A DNA stretch of 56,022 nt from an uncultured bacterium. Lineage in GTDB: Bacteria; Bacteroidota; Bacteroidia; Bacteroidales; JACABE01. The position numbers were made by a program, and so were the translations under genes. Of this stretch, positions 1 through 7,466 are shown one piece after another. The stretch lies in NCBI GenBank assembly GCA_903911455.1, contig CAIWDQ010000383.1, positions 1 to 56,022 on the forward strand, written 5' to 3'. How positions within the stretch are numbered: the stretch's first letter is position 1; each line of letters starts with the position of its first letter. The notes beneath the pieces are model-generated. The model saw only the letters and a program-made list of their open reading frames with translations, was not told where the DNA came from and searched no databases.

Positions 1-121
1 AATGTCATTACAAATATCGAAATGTCAATTAAATAAGCTACTTTTTCTCTAATGCTACGCATTAGAAAATAAATGCCATAAATGATTGATTATTCGTAAA
101 ATATAACTGAACTTTGTTCTA

Positions 122-664
122 TTGCGTAATTTGGGTTTAATAAGCATAACTTTAGTTTGGGTTGCTTTCTGGATTTATTTAGGAGTTGGGAGATTTCTTG
201 ACACACCTAAGCAAATATCAAAAGACAATGTGTTTAAAGAAAAAGAAATCAAACCTTCAGTTGAATTTATTAAGAAATTTAAAAAAGATAGTAGTAGACT
301 TCCTACAAATAGAGAATTTTATACATGGGAACGCTATTATTATAAAGATTATTCAAGTGACTTATCTCAAAAAGAAGATTCATTAATACCTGGATTAGGT
401 ATTCTTAAATATATTAGAAATAAATCTGAGATAGTAACTAATGAAAGTTATAAATTTAAAAAAGCTGATTGGAATAAAGATTTTGCAATAGGTGTTTGGA
501 GAGGAAGCTGGGAAGAGTATTATTTTTCTTGGTCTGATAGTTATGATACTAATAATTATTCTTGGTCAGATGGCTATGTTGGTTTATTCGTTGATATTTT
601 AATTGGATTAATCCCACTTTTGTTTTGGTTTATTTATTATAAAAGAAAAAGAAAAGCTATATAA
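122..664 (+). CDS. hypothetical membrane-anchored protein
   Basis: 180-aa ORF with a non-ATG (TTG) start in the track. N-terminal hydrophobic helix (LISITLVWVAFWIYLGV) and C-terminal helix (LFVDILIGLIPLLFWFIYY) followed by KRKRK. No family recognised. Confidence 0.4.
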   Translation: MRNLGLISITLVWVAFWIYLGVGRFLDTPKQISKDNVFKEKEIKPSVEFIKKFKKDSSRLPTNREFYTWERYYYKDYSSDLSQKEDSLIPGLGILKYIRNKSEIVTNESYKFKKADWNKDFAIGVWRGSWEEYYFSWSDSYDTNNYSWSDGYVGLFVDILIGLIPLLFWFIYYKRKRKAI

Positions 665-803
665 GTACTAATTCCACACCTTTCCCACTCTCTTTAAATT
701 CTTTTTTCATACTTATAGTTCATATGTTGATGTTTTTTGATAATTTTACCGCCTGAAATTTCAGAATACATTTTAATCTTAAGAATATAATAAATCACTA
801 GAT

Positions 804-2867
804 ATGATCACAGAACAATTAATAAACCCAAGAAGTATAGTAGTAATAGGTGCCTCAAATGATGTTGAGAAACCTGGCGGAAAAATATTAAAAAACCTAA
901 TTGATGGTAACTTCAAAGGTAATATATATGTATCCAATCCAAAAGAAGACGAAATACAAGGAGTAAAATCGTATCGTAATCCCGATGATCTTCCACAAGT
1001 TGACCTAGCTATTATTGCAATTGCAGCTAAATATATCCCCGATACTGTTGAATTGCTTACAACAAAAAAAGATACTAAAGCTTTTATTATTCTTTCAGCA
1101 GGTTTCAGCGAAGAAAGTAACGAAGGAAAGCTATTGGAAGATAAAGTTGTAGCTATTATCAATAAAGTAAACGGCTCGTTGATAGGACCTAATTGTGTTG
1201 GAATCCTTACACCTTCGCATCACAGTATTTTTACATTGCCTATTCCAAAACTGGAAGCTAAAGGCTGCGATTTTATATCAGGTTCTGGTGCTACTGCTTG
1301 TTTTATCATGGAAGCAGGTATTCCTAAAGGCTTAACTTTCGCCAATGTGTTCTCAGTTGGTAATTCAGCCCAGATGGGTGTTGAAGAAATACTGCAATAC
1401 ATGGACGAAACCTTTGATCCTGAAAAGAGTTCTAAGGTAAAACTTCTATATATTGAAACAATAAACAAACCTGAATTGCTATTAAAACATGCTTCTTCTT
1501 TAATTAAAAAAGGATGTAGAATAGCAGCAGTTAAAGCTGGCTCATCTGAAGAAGGTAGTCGTGCAGCATCTTCACATACAGGTGCTTTGGCTAGCTCGGA
1601 TGTAGCTGTTGACGCTCTTTTCCGCAAAGCAGGTATCGTTCGCTGTTATGGCAGAGAAGAGCTTATAAGTGTGGCTTCAGTATTTATGTATCCTGAATTA
1701 AAAGGCAAGAATATAGCGATAATTACGCACGCTGGTGGCCCTGCAGTTATGCTTACCGATGCACTCTCAAAAGGTGGTTTAAAGATACCTCATATTGAAA
1801 GCCCCAAAGCTAAAGAACTACTTGAACAGTTATTTGCAGGTTCTTCAGTTGCTAATCCTATTGATTTTCTTGCTACCGGTACTGCCCATCAACTAGGTAT
1901 TATTATTGATTATTGTGATAATTACTTTGATGAAATAGATGGAATAGTGGTTATTTTCGGTACTCCCGGTTTGTTTAAATTATATGATGTATATAATGTT
2001 CTTAATGAGAAGATGAAGACTGCCAAAAAACCTATATATCCTGTGCTTCCTTCTACGCTTACCGCGAAAGAAGAGGTTGAAGACTTTATCTCTAAAGGTT
2101 GGGTTAATTTTCCTGATGAAGTTACGCTGGGTAATGCGCTTTCAAAGGTATATAATACTAACAAACCCTTAACTACTCTTTATTGCAAAGACCATGTTGA
2201 CGTAGGATATATAAGAGCTATCATTGATAGTAACGAAGATGGTTATTTAAAACCGGAAGCTGTACAGGCATTGCTAGATGCAGCAGGTATTCCACGTGCC
2301 GGCGAGGCTGTAGTTGCTGATAAAGCAAGTGCAGTTGAAGCAGCTACCAAATTAGGTTTCCCTGTTGTAATGAAAGTGGTAGGACCTGTTCATAAATCTG
2401 ATGTAGGCGGTGTAGTATTAAATGTTAATGATGCTGATACTGTTAAAAAAGAGTTTGATAGGATGATTAAGATCAAAGATACTACGGCTATCCTTATTCA
2501 ACCTATGCTTAGCGGTACTCAGATATTTGTTGGGGCTAATTATGAAGATAAATTCGGACATCTTATTATGTGTGGCCTTGGTGGTATCTTTATTGAAGTG
2601 TTGAAAGATGTGAGTGCAGCCATAGCTCCTGTTGGAAAAGTAGAAGCTACACAAATGATTAAAAATCTAAAGAGTTATAAGATCATTCAGGGAGTTAGAG
2701 GACAGGAAGGAGTTAACGAAGAGATGTTTGCTGAAGTGATTATGAGTTTATCTAACCTGCTAATGGTTGCCCCTGAAATTAAAGAAATGGACATTAACCC
2801 GCTTCTAGGGAAGATGGATAAAGTTGTAGCCGTAGATGCACGTATTAGAATTGAGAAAAACAAATAA
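804..2867 (+). CDS. acetate--CoA ligase (ADP-forming) family protein
   Basis: 687 aa. N-terminal CoA-binding fold (IVVIGASND..PGGKILKNL), succinyl-CoA-synthetase-like middle part and C-terminal ATP-grasp (GFPVVMKVVGPVHKSDVGGVVLNV). This is the architecture of the ADP-forming acyl-CoA synthetase family. Confidence 0.85.
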   Translation: MITEQLINPRSIVVIGASNDVEKPGGKILKNLIDGNFKGNIYVSNPKEDEIQGVKSYRNPDDLPQVDLAIIAIAAKYIPDTVELLTTKKDTKAFIILSAGFSEESNEGKLLEDKVVAIINKVNGSLIGPNCVGILTPSHHSIFTLPIPKLEAKGCDFISGSGATACFIMEAGIPKGLTFANVFSVGNSAQMGVEEILQYMDETFDPEKSSKVKLLYIETINKPELLLKHASSLIKKGCRIAAVKAGSSEEGSRAASSHTGALASSDVAVDALFRKAGIVRCYGREELISVASVFMYPELKGKNIAIITHAGGPAVMLTDALSKGGLKIPHIESPKAKELLEQLFAGSSVANPIDFLATGTAHQLGIIIDYCDNYFDEIDGIVVIFGTPGLFKLYDVYNVLNEKMKTAKKPIYPVLPSTLTAKEEVEDFISKGWVNFPDEVTLGNALSKVYNTNKPLTTLYCKDHVDVGYIRAIIDSNEDGYLKPEAVQALLDAAGIPRAGEAVVADKASAVEAATKLGFPVVMKVVGPVHKSDVGGVVLNVNDADTVKKEFDRMIKIKDTTAILIQPMLSGTQIFVGANYEDKFGHLIMCGLGGIFIEVLKDVSAAIAPVGKVEATQMIKNLKSYKIIQGVRGQEGVNEEMFAEVIMSLSNLLMVAPEIKEMDINPLLGKMDKVVAVDARIRIEKNK

Positions 2868-2879
2868 AAGCACTTAATT

Positions 2880-3092
2880 ATGAAAACAACTATAGGAAGC
2901 AGAGTAAGAATAATTGCCCTATCCTTACTTATATTATCAATGATTATTATGATGTATAATGATCAGGTGAATATTAAATACTGGATAGCCATTACAATAA
3001 TAGTTATCTCACTTGGCGTGATAAATTATGATTATTTCATTCTTTATAAAAATAAAAAGAAAGACCAAACAAAGGATATTGAAAAGAAGTAA
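2880..3092 (+). CDS. small two-helix membrane protein, hypothetical
   Basis: 70-aa ORF 12 nt after the preceding stop, with two hydrophobic stretches and a lysine-rich tail. No family recognised. Confidence 0.35.
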   Translation: MKTTIGSRVRIIALSLLILSMIIMMYNDQVNIKYWIAITIIVISLGVINYDYFILYKNKKKDQTKDIEKK

Positions 3093-3110
3093 TAAACAAA
3101 TCAACAATAA

Positions 3111-3839
3111 ATGAAGAAAAACGACCTACTCTTTTTTACATTTGCAATCTTAGTATTGCTTATCTTTATACCATTACCTTTTTTAAGTTGTTTCCACAAA
3201 GGATTCTTATACAATCCTCAATACTGGGTGCTCACCAGCTTTATTAAGTTCGGATTACTTGCAACTATCGGCGAAGTAATTGGACTTAGAATAAAGACAG
3301 GTAAGTTTAATGCTCCTGGTTTTGGAATAGTACCAAGAGCTATCGTATGGGGTTTCTTAGGCATCACAATTAAGTTTGCCTTTGATATATTTGGTGGTGG
3401 AATACCTGCATTTCTTGAAAAGAGTTGTCAGGTTAGTGGTGTAAGTGATGCAATGAAATCAAAAGACATCTTTGATGCTATTGAAAAAGGATTAGGTGGC
3501 ACCCGTTTGTTGGCGGCTTTCTGTATAAGTGCAGCAATGAATATTATATATGCTCCTATTATGATGACTTTTCATAAGATTACCGACACTCATATTGTTG
3601 ATAATGGCGGTACTTTGAAAGGTTTTTTCAAGTGTATTAAAATGGGAGACATCTTAACAAGAATAAACTGGAACGTTCAATGGAATTTTGTGTTTAAAAA
3701 GACTATTCCATTCTTCTGGATTCCGGCTCATACCATTACATTCTTACTGCCTGTTGAATATAGGGTGGCATTTGCAGCAGTACTTGGTATTGCTTTAGGG
3801 ATTATTCTTGCAATTGCTTCAATTAAGGGGAAATCATAA
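3111..3839 (+). CDS. integral membrane protein, unknown function
   Basis: 242 aa with several predicted TM helices, tightly packed in the same-strand cluster. Confidence 0.6.
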   Translation: MKKNDLLFFTFAILVLLIFIPLPFLSCFHKGFLYNPQYWVLTSFIKFGLLATIGEVIGLRIKTGKFNAPGFGIVPRAIVWGFLGITIKFAFDIFGGGIPAFLEKSCQVSGVSDAMKSKDIFDAIEKGLGGTRLLAAFCISAAMNIIYAPIMMTFHKITDTHIVDNGGTLKGFFKCIKMGDILTRINWNVQWNFVFKKTIPFFWIPAHTITFLLPVEYRVAFAAVLGIALGIILAIASIKGKS

Positions 3840-3863
3840 TATCTTAATTAATCATATTATAAA

Positions 3864-5135
3864 ATGAATAGAAAAAATGTTTTATTCCTGCTTGTCTTTG
3901 CAGGGATCTTTAATTCTTTTGCTGCGATTGCTCAAAAGGACACTACTAATAGTGGCTGCATTAGTATAACAAAGATAATTCCACCAAGCGTTAAGTTCTC
4001 AGGCTTCGTTAACTCTGAAATATTCTACGATACCCGACAAACTACTGGAGGTAGAGAAACTCTTTTAATGCTTTATCCGGCTGCTAAATCTCCAGACATC
4101 CATGGTTTTGATTTAAACAGTAAAGGTAATTTCAATCAATTGGCAATGATGTCGCGACTTACTGCTAATATTACCGGCCCAGACGTTTTAAATGCAAAAA
4201 CAATTGGTGTAATAGAAGCTGATTTTACCGGTACTTCTGATGCTACCAACAATATTTTCAGATTGCGTCATGCTTATATCAAACTTACATGGAAATCTGA
4301 CGAACTGTTAATTGGTAACTACTGGACTCCATTTGATGTAGCAGAAATGATACCTGCGGTAATCTCTTTAAATACTGGTGCTCCATTTCATTCATTCTCA
4401 CGTAATCCGCAGGTTCGTTATGTTCATAATTTTAATAATCTTAAATTAATTGCGGTAGCTTTATCGCAAAGAGATTATGCAAGTAATGGCCCTCTTGGTG
4501 TTTCCTCTGTTTATATGAGAGATGCAATTGTGCCAGAGATGCATCTACAGTTGCAATATAATATAGGTGGACACTTATTTGGAGTTGGAGGCGAGTATAA
4601 ATGCATACAGCCACGTTTGGCTACTTATAAAAATATAGCTTCAGATGAGAAATTAGAATCTACTGCAATAATAGCTTTTGCAAAACTTAATTTCCCTAAC
4701 CTTGATATTAAACTTCAGGGGTCATATGGTGGTAATATTTCTGATCATACTATGATAGGTGGTTATATTGAATCATCTATTGATACTATAAGTGGAATTA
4801 CTAAATATGCTAATGCTAATTCATTGGATATATGGACAGATATCTCAACTAAATCAAAGAAGCTTAATGTTGGTTTGTTTGCAGGCTATTATAAGAATAT
4901 GGGATACTCATCTGATATAGCAACAGGAGGTAAGTTTTATGGTAATGTTAATAATATTGGTTATTTATATCGCATTGCCCCAAGACTTACTTATACAGCT
5001 GGTGCTGTAATGTTTGCTCTTGAACTGGAATATACTGCCGCTCAATATGGCACACCCGATATAAAAGGGAAAATGATAAATCCATACGAAATAGGTAATT
5101 TTAGAACACTTTTTGGTGCTTTTTATTTCTTTTAA
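3864..5135 (+). CDS. outer-membrane beta-barrel porin-like protein
   Basis: 423 aa. Signal peptide ending AAIAQ, alternating amphipathic strands rich in Y/G/N, C-terminal aromatic residue (..GAFYFF). Confidence 0.6.
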   Translation: MNRKNVLFLLVFAGIFNSFAAIAQKDTTNSGCISITKIIPPSVKFSGFVNSEIFYDTRQTTGGRETLLMLYPAAKSPDIHGFDLNSKGNFNQLAMMSRLTANITGPDVLNAKTIGVIEADFTGTSDATNNIFRLRHAYIKLTWKSDELLIGNYWTPFDVAEMIPAVISLNTGAPFHSFSRNPQVRYVHNFNNLKLIAVALSQRDYASNGPLGVSSVYMRDAIVPEMHLQLQYNIGGHLFGVGGEYKCIQPRLATYKNIASDEKLESTAIIAFAKLNFPNLDIKLQGSYGGNISDHTMIGGYIESSIDTISGITKYANANSLDIWTDISTKSKKLNVGLFAGYYKNMGYSSDIATGGKFYGNVNNIGYLYRIAPRLTYTAGAVMFALELEYTAAQYGTPDIKGKMINPYEIGNFRTLFGAFYFF

Positions 5136-5179
5136 TAAAGAATTTAAGATTTCATAAATGATATTATAATATGAAAAAG

Positions 5180-5209
5180 GCTGTCTTAAAACTGAGGCAG
5201 CTTTTTTTT
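5180..5209 (+). terminator. rho-independent terminator after the porin gene
   Basis: Stem GCTGTCTT / GAGGCAGC (with G-U pairs) followed by T8. Confidence 0.6.
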
Positions 5210-5352
5210 ATTTTCATTTTTTGCTGGTTTTAATCCTATACAAAAATACAAATAATTTTAGGCAATCTTAAAAGAAGGGTAAAATTTATTTTTTTATTTT
5301 AAGATTATTTGTAAATAACCTATTAGGGTTGAAGAATAGCTTTAAAGCTGAT

Positions 5353-5604
5353 ATTAATACCCTCCGAGCCTATTAAAAGTACCTAATAGCATCTTTTAAT
5401 ACCCTCGGAGCCTATTTGCCGACCTTAATTGGGTATTTTAATACCTTCTGAGCTACTTTTAATACCCTTAGAGCATATTAAAAGGACCTAAAAGCATCTT
5501 TTAATACCCTTGGAGTCTATTCGCCGACCCTATTTGGGTATTTTAATAACTGGCGAGGGTATTTTAATAGCAAGCGACCCTATTTTTGTACCCTATTATC
5601 AATT
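5353..5604. repeat. 21-bp phased degenerate tandem array A (12 units)
   Basis: Counted units all 21 nt, for example TTTAATACCCTCGGAGCCTAT and TTGCCGACCTTAATTGGGTAT. Units 1-4 recur as units 6-9 (105-bp higher-order period). Confidence 0.85.
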
Positions 5605-5730
5605 CGTTATTAAAAATATTAGTTTATTAATAAATTATAAGACATTTGTTAAATTTAAAAAATGGATTTAATGAACAACCAATAGTGGAGTAACAGGATT
5701 TATAAATGTAATACATTGGCTTTAAATGAA

Positions 5731-5755
5731 GAAAGCCTGCTAAATGCAGGCTTTC
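5731..5755 (-). terminator. hairpin GAAAGCCTGC-loop-GCAGGCTTTC, copy 1
   Basis: 10-bp stem directly 3' of the tRNA-like sequence on the minus strand. It is part of a ~72-bp direct repeat with 6106-6170. Confidence 0.5.
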
Positions 5756-5759
5756 TGTT

Positions 5760-5848
5760 GCTCACCCTTCAATCCCGAGAGCATTGCGATTCGGGATGAG
5801 ACCCTCTGATTAATTCCGCACGTGCGGTACTCTAACCAACTGGGCTAA
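5760..5848 (-). pseudogene. decayed tRNA-Asn copy with two palindromic insertions
   Basis: Aligns to the tRNA-Asn at 6160-6233 in the D arm, TTAATCAGAGGGTCTCA and the 3' acceptor. The 5' anticodon stem is replaced by the palindrome CCGCACGTGCGG and the T loop by TCCCGA..TCGGGA. The acceptor and D stems no longer pair. Confidence 0.7.
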
Positions 5849-6115
5849 TACTCCAGTTGGAATAAAATCAATGTTTATTAGTTGGAGAATAAGATTCCTG
5901 CTTTTTTGTTTCTTGATAAACTTTTCTATTTTATCAGCATCCCCTTTCTTTTCTGACACCTGAAATATAGCTTTTAATTCCCAAGGCTTGTATTTGCCGG
6001 TAAATTTATCAACTTCATTAGAATTATGTTGTCCTAACCTTTTCCAAGGGTCAGAAGAATGACCTAAATAATATTTATCAGTAGATAATGAATAGATAAT
6101 ATAAATGTAATGCAT
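5810..6115 (-). CDS. GIY-YIG nuclease family protein
   Basis: 101 aa. N-terminal IYIIYS..KYYLGHSSD..RL.QHN is the GIY-YIG signature. The last ~13 codons run into the tRNA-like sequence. Confidence 0.75.
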   Translation of the reverse strand: MHYIYIIYSLSTDKYYLGHSSDPWKRLGQHNSNEVDKFTGKYKPWELKAIFQVSEKKGDADKIEKFIKKQKSRNLILQLINIDFIPTGVLAQLVRVPHVRN

Positions 6116-6129
6116 TGGTTTTAAATGAA

Positions 6130-6155
6130 GAAAGCCTGCTATTTGCAGGCTTTCT
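6130..6155 (-). terminator. hairpin GAAAGCCTGC-loop-GCAGGCTTTC, copy 2 (tRNA-Asn terminator)
   Basis: 10-bp stem beginning 5 nt after the tRNA 3' end on the minus strand. Confidence 0.55.
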
Positions 6156-6159
6156 GTTG

Positions 6160-6233
6160 CTCCCCCTTCAGGACTTGAACCTGAGACCCTCTGATTAACA
6201 GTCAGATGCTCTAACCAACTGAGCTAAGGAGGA
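6160..6233 (-). tRNA. tRNA-Asn (anticodon GTT)
   Basis: The reverse complement folds as a cloverleaf: acceptor TCCTCCT/AGGGGGA, D arm GCTC-AGTTGGTTA-GAGC, anticodon stem TCTGA/TCAGA with loop CTGTTAA, T arm TCAGG-TTCAAGT-CCTGA, discriminator G. CCA is not encoded. Confidence 0.9.
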
Positions 6234-6255
6234 GTGTTTTTTAAATTTCAGGCTG

Positions 6256-6263
6256 CAAAATTA
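6256..6263 (-). promoter_or_regulatory. -7 box TAATTTTG upstream of tRNA-Asn
   Basis: Matches the Bacteroidota sigma-A -7 consensus TAnnTTTG, 22 nt upstream of the mature tRNA 5' end. Confidence 0.5.
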
Positions 6264-6285
6264 GTTAAAGTTTTAAAATAAACAA

Positions 6286-6293
6286 TACCTTTG
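6286..6293 (+). promoter_or_regulatory. -7 box TACCTTTG upstream of the PfkB kinase gene
   Basis: TAnnTTTG match 24 nt upstream of the ATG at 6318. Confidence 0.5.
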
Positions 6294-6317
6294 CAAAAAA
6301 TTTTATAAAAATATTTT

Positions 6318-7301
6318 ATGAGTAAAGTCTTAGGAATGGGTAATGCCCTGGTAGACATAATGACACGTCTTGAGTCAGATTTATTGCTAGATGAATTTAT
6401 GTTACCAAAAGGAAGTATGCAATTAGTAGACAGGAAAGCTGTAGAAAAAGTTCTTTCTGGTACAATTAGTTTGTTAAAGCAGCAATCTTCAGGTGGTTCA
6501 GCTGCAAATACCATACATGGTCTTGCTAATTTAGGTATTGAAACAGGTTTTATTGGTACAATCGGTGACGATGAATTTGGAAAATTCTTCCATGAAGATC
6601 TTATCAATAATAAAATTCAACCTAAATTATTTAAAGGTATTAATGAATCAGGTAGAGCTATTGCTCTAGTAAGCCCTGATTCTGAAAGAACTTTTGCTAC
6701 CTTTTTAGGTGCAGCGATTGAATTATCTGCTGATCACATCACTGACGATGTATTTGAAGGATATGAGTATTTTCATATTGAAGGTTATCTTGTACAAAAT
6801 CATGAATTGATTAGAAAGGCTATTGAGTTTGCAAAACAAAAGAATCTTAAAGTATCCTTAGATCTTGCAAGTTTTAATGTAGTGGAAGCTAATCTTGATT
6901 TCTTAAAAGATATTATTAAAAAACATGTTGATATTGTTTTTGCTAATGAAGAAGAAGCTAAAGCTTTTACTGGACTTTCTCCAATAGATGCCTTACATGA
7001 AATTGCTAAGCATTGCGAAATTGCTGTAGTTAAGATTGGTAAGAATGGTTCTTTAATTAAAAAAGGGGATACAGTTCATGAAGTTGGAGTTATTAAAGCT
7101 AACAGTATTGATACTACCGGGGCAGGTGATGTATATGCATCAGGTTTTATATATGGCTTAGTTAAAGGTCTTCCATTGAATAAATGTGGAGAGATTGGTG
7201 CTGTTCTTTCTGGGAAAGTAATTGAAGTTATTGGTGCCAAGATGGATGTTCCTACCTGGGACATAATTAGGGGAATGGTTTCTGACATCCAAAATACATA
7301 A
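6318..7301 (+). CDS. PfkB-family carbohydrate/nucleoside kinase (adenosine-kinase-like)
   Basis: 327 aa. N-terminal GNALVD, SGGSAANT, and the C-terminal PfkB signature DTTGAGDVYASGFIYG. Confidence 0.8.
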   Translation: MSKVLGMGNALVDIMTRLESDLLLDEFMLPKGSMQLVDRKAVEKVLSGTISLLKQQSSGGSAANTIHGLANLGIETGFIGTIGDDEFGKFFHEDLINNKIQPKLFKGINESGRAIALVSPDSERTFATFLGAAIELSADHITDDVFEGYEYFHIEGYLVQNHELIRKAIEFAKQKNLKVSLDLASFNVVEANLDFLKDIIKKHVDIVFANEEEAKAFTGLSPIDALHEIAKHCEIAVVKIGKNGSLIKKGDTVHEVGVIKANSIDTTGAGDVYASGFIYGLVKGLPLNKCGEIGAVLSGKVIEVIGAKMDVPTWDIIRGMVSDIQNT

Positions 7302-7410
7302 TGAAATTAAATAATTATTAAGTTTATTTATTATAAGGCTTTTACTGATAAACGGCAGAAATAATATCAAATAATATCACTTTCTATTTTTATTATTAAT
7401 CAGTTTTATA

Positions 7411-7418
7411 TATTTTTG
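7411..7418 (+). promoter_or_regulatory. -7 box TATTTTTG upstream of the EF-G paralog
   Basis: TAnnTTTG match 48 nt upstream of the ATG at 7467. Confidence 0.4.
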
Positions 7419-7466
7419 CCATCTCGATTTGAAATTAATAATTTTAATAAAAACAAATAGACTAAA

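Noticed and set aside
779-1627. Antisense ORFs inside long genes (779-1162, 1220-1627, 7949-8338, 8778-9221, 18826-19308, 20580-20963, 29391-29966, 49553-49900, 51543-51818, 52479-52748 and similar)
   Set aside because: They are fully embedded in, and antisense or out of frame to, strongly supported genes. They have low-complexity composition and no start context.
5760-5848. The second tRNA-like sequence as a functional tRNA with introns or a long variable arm
   Set aside because: The acceptor stem (GGAGTAT vs AGGGTGA) and the D stem no longer pair, the T loop is replaced, and there is no recognisable anticodon loop.
6248-6607. ORF 6248-6607 (-)
   Set aside because: It overlaps the PfkB kinase gene and its promoter on the opposite strand, and the kinase call is supported by family motifs.
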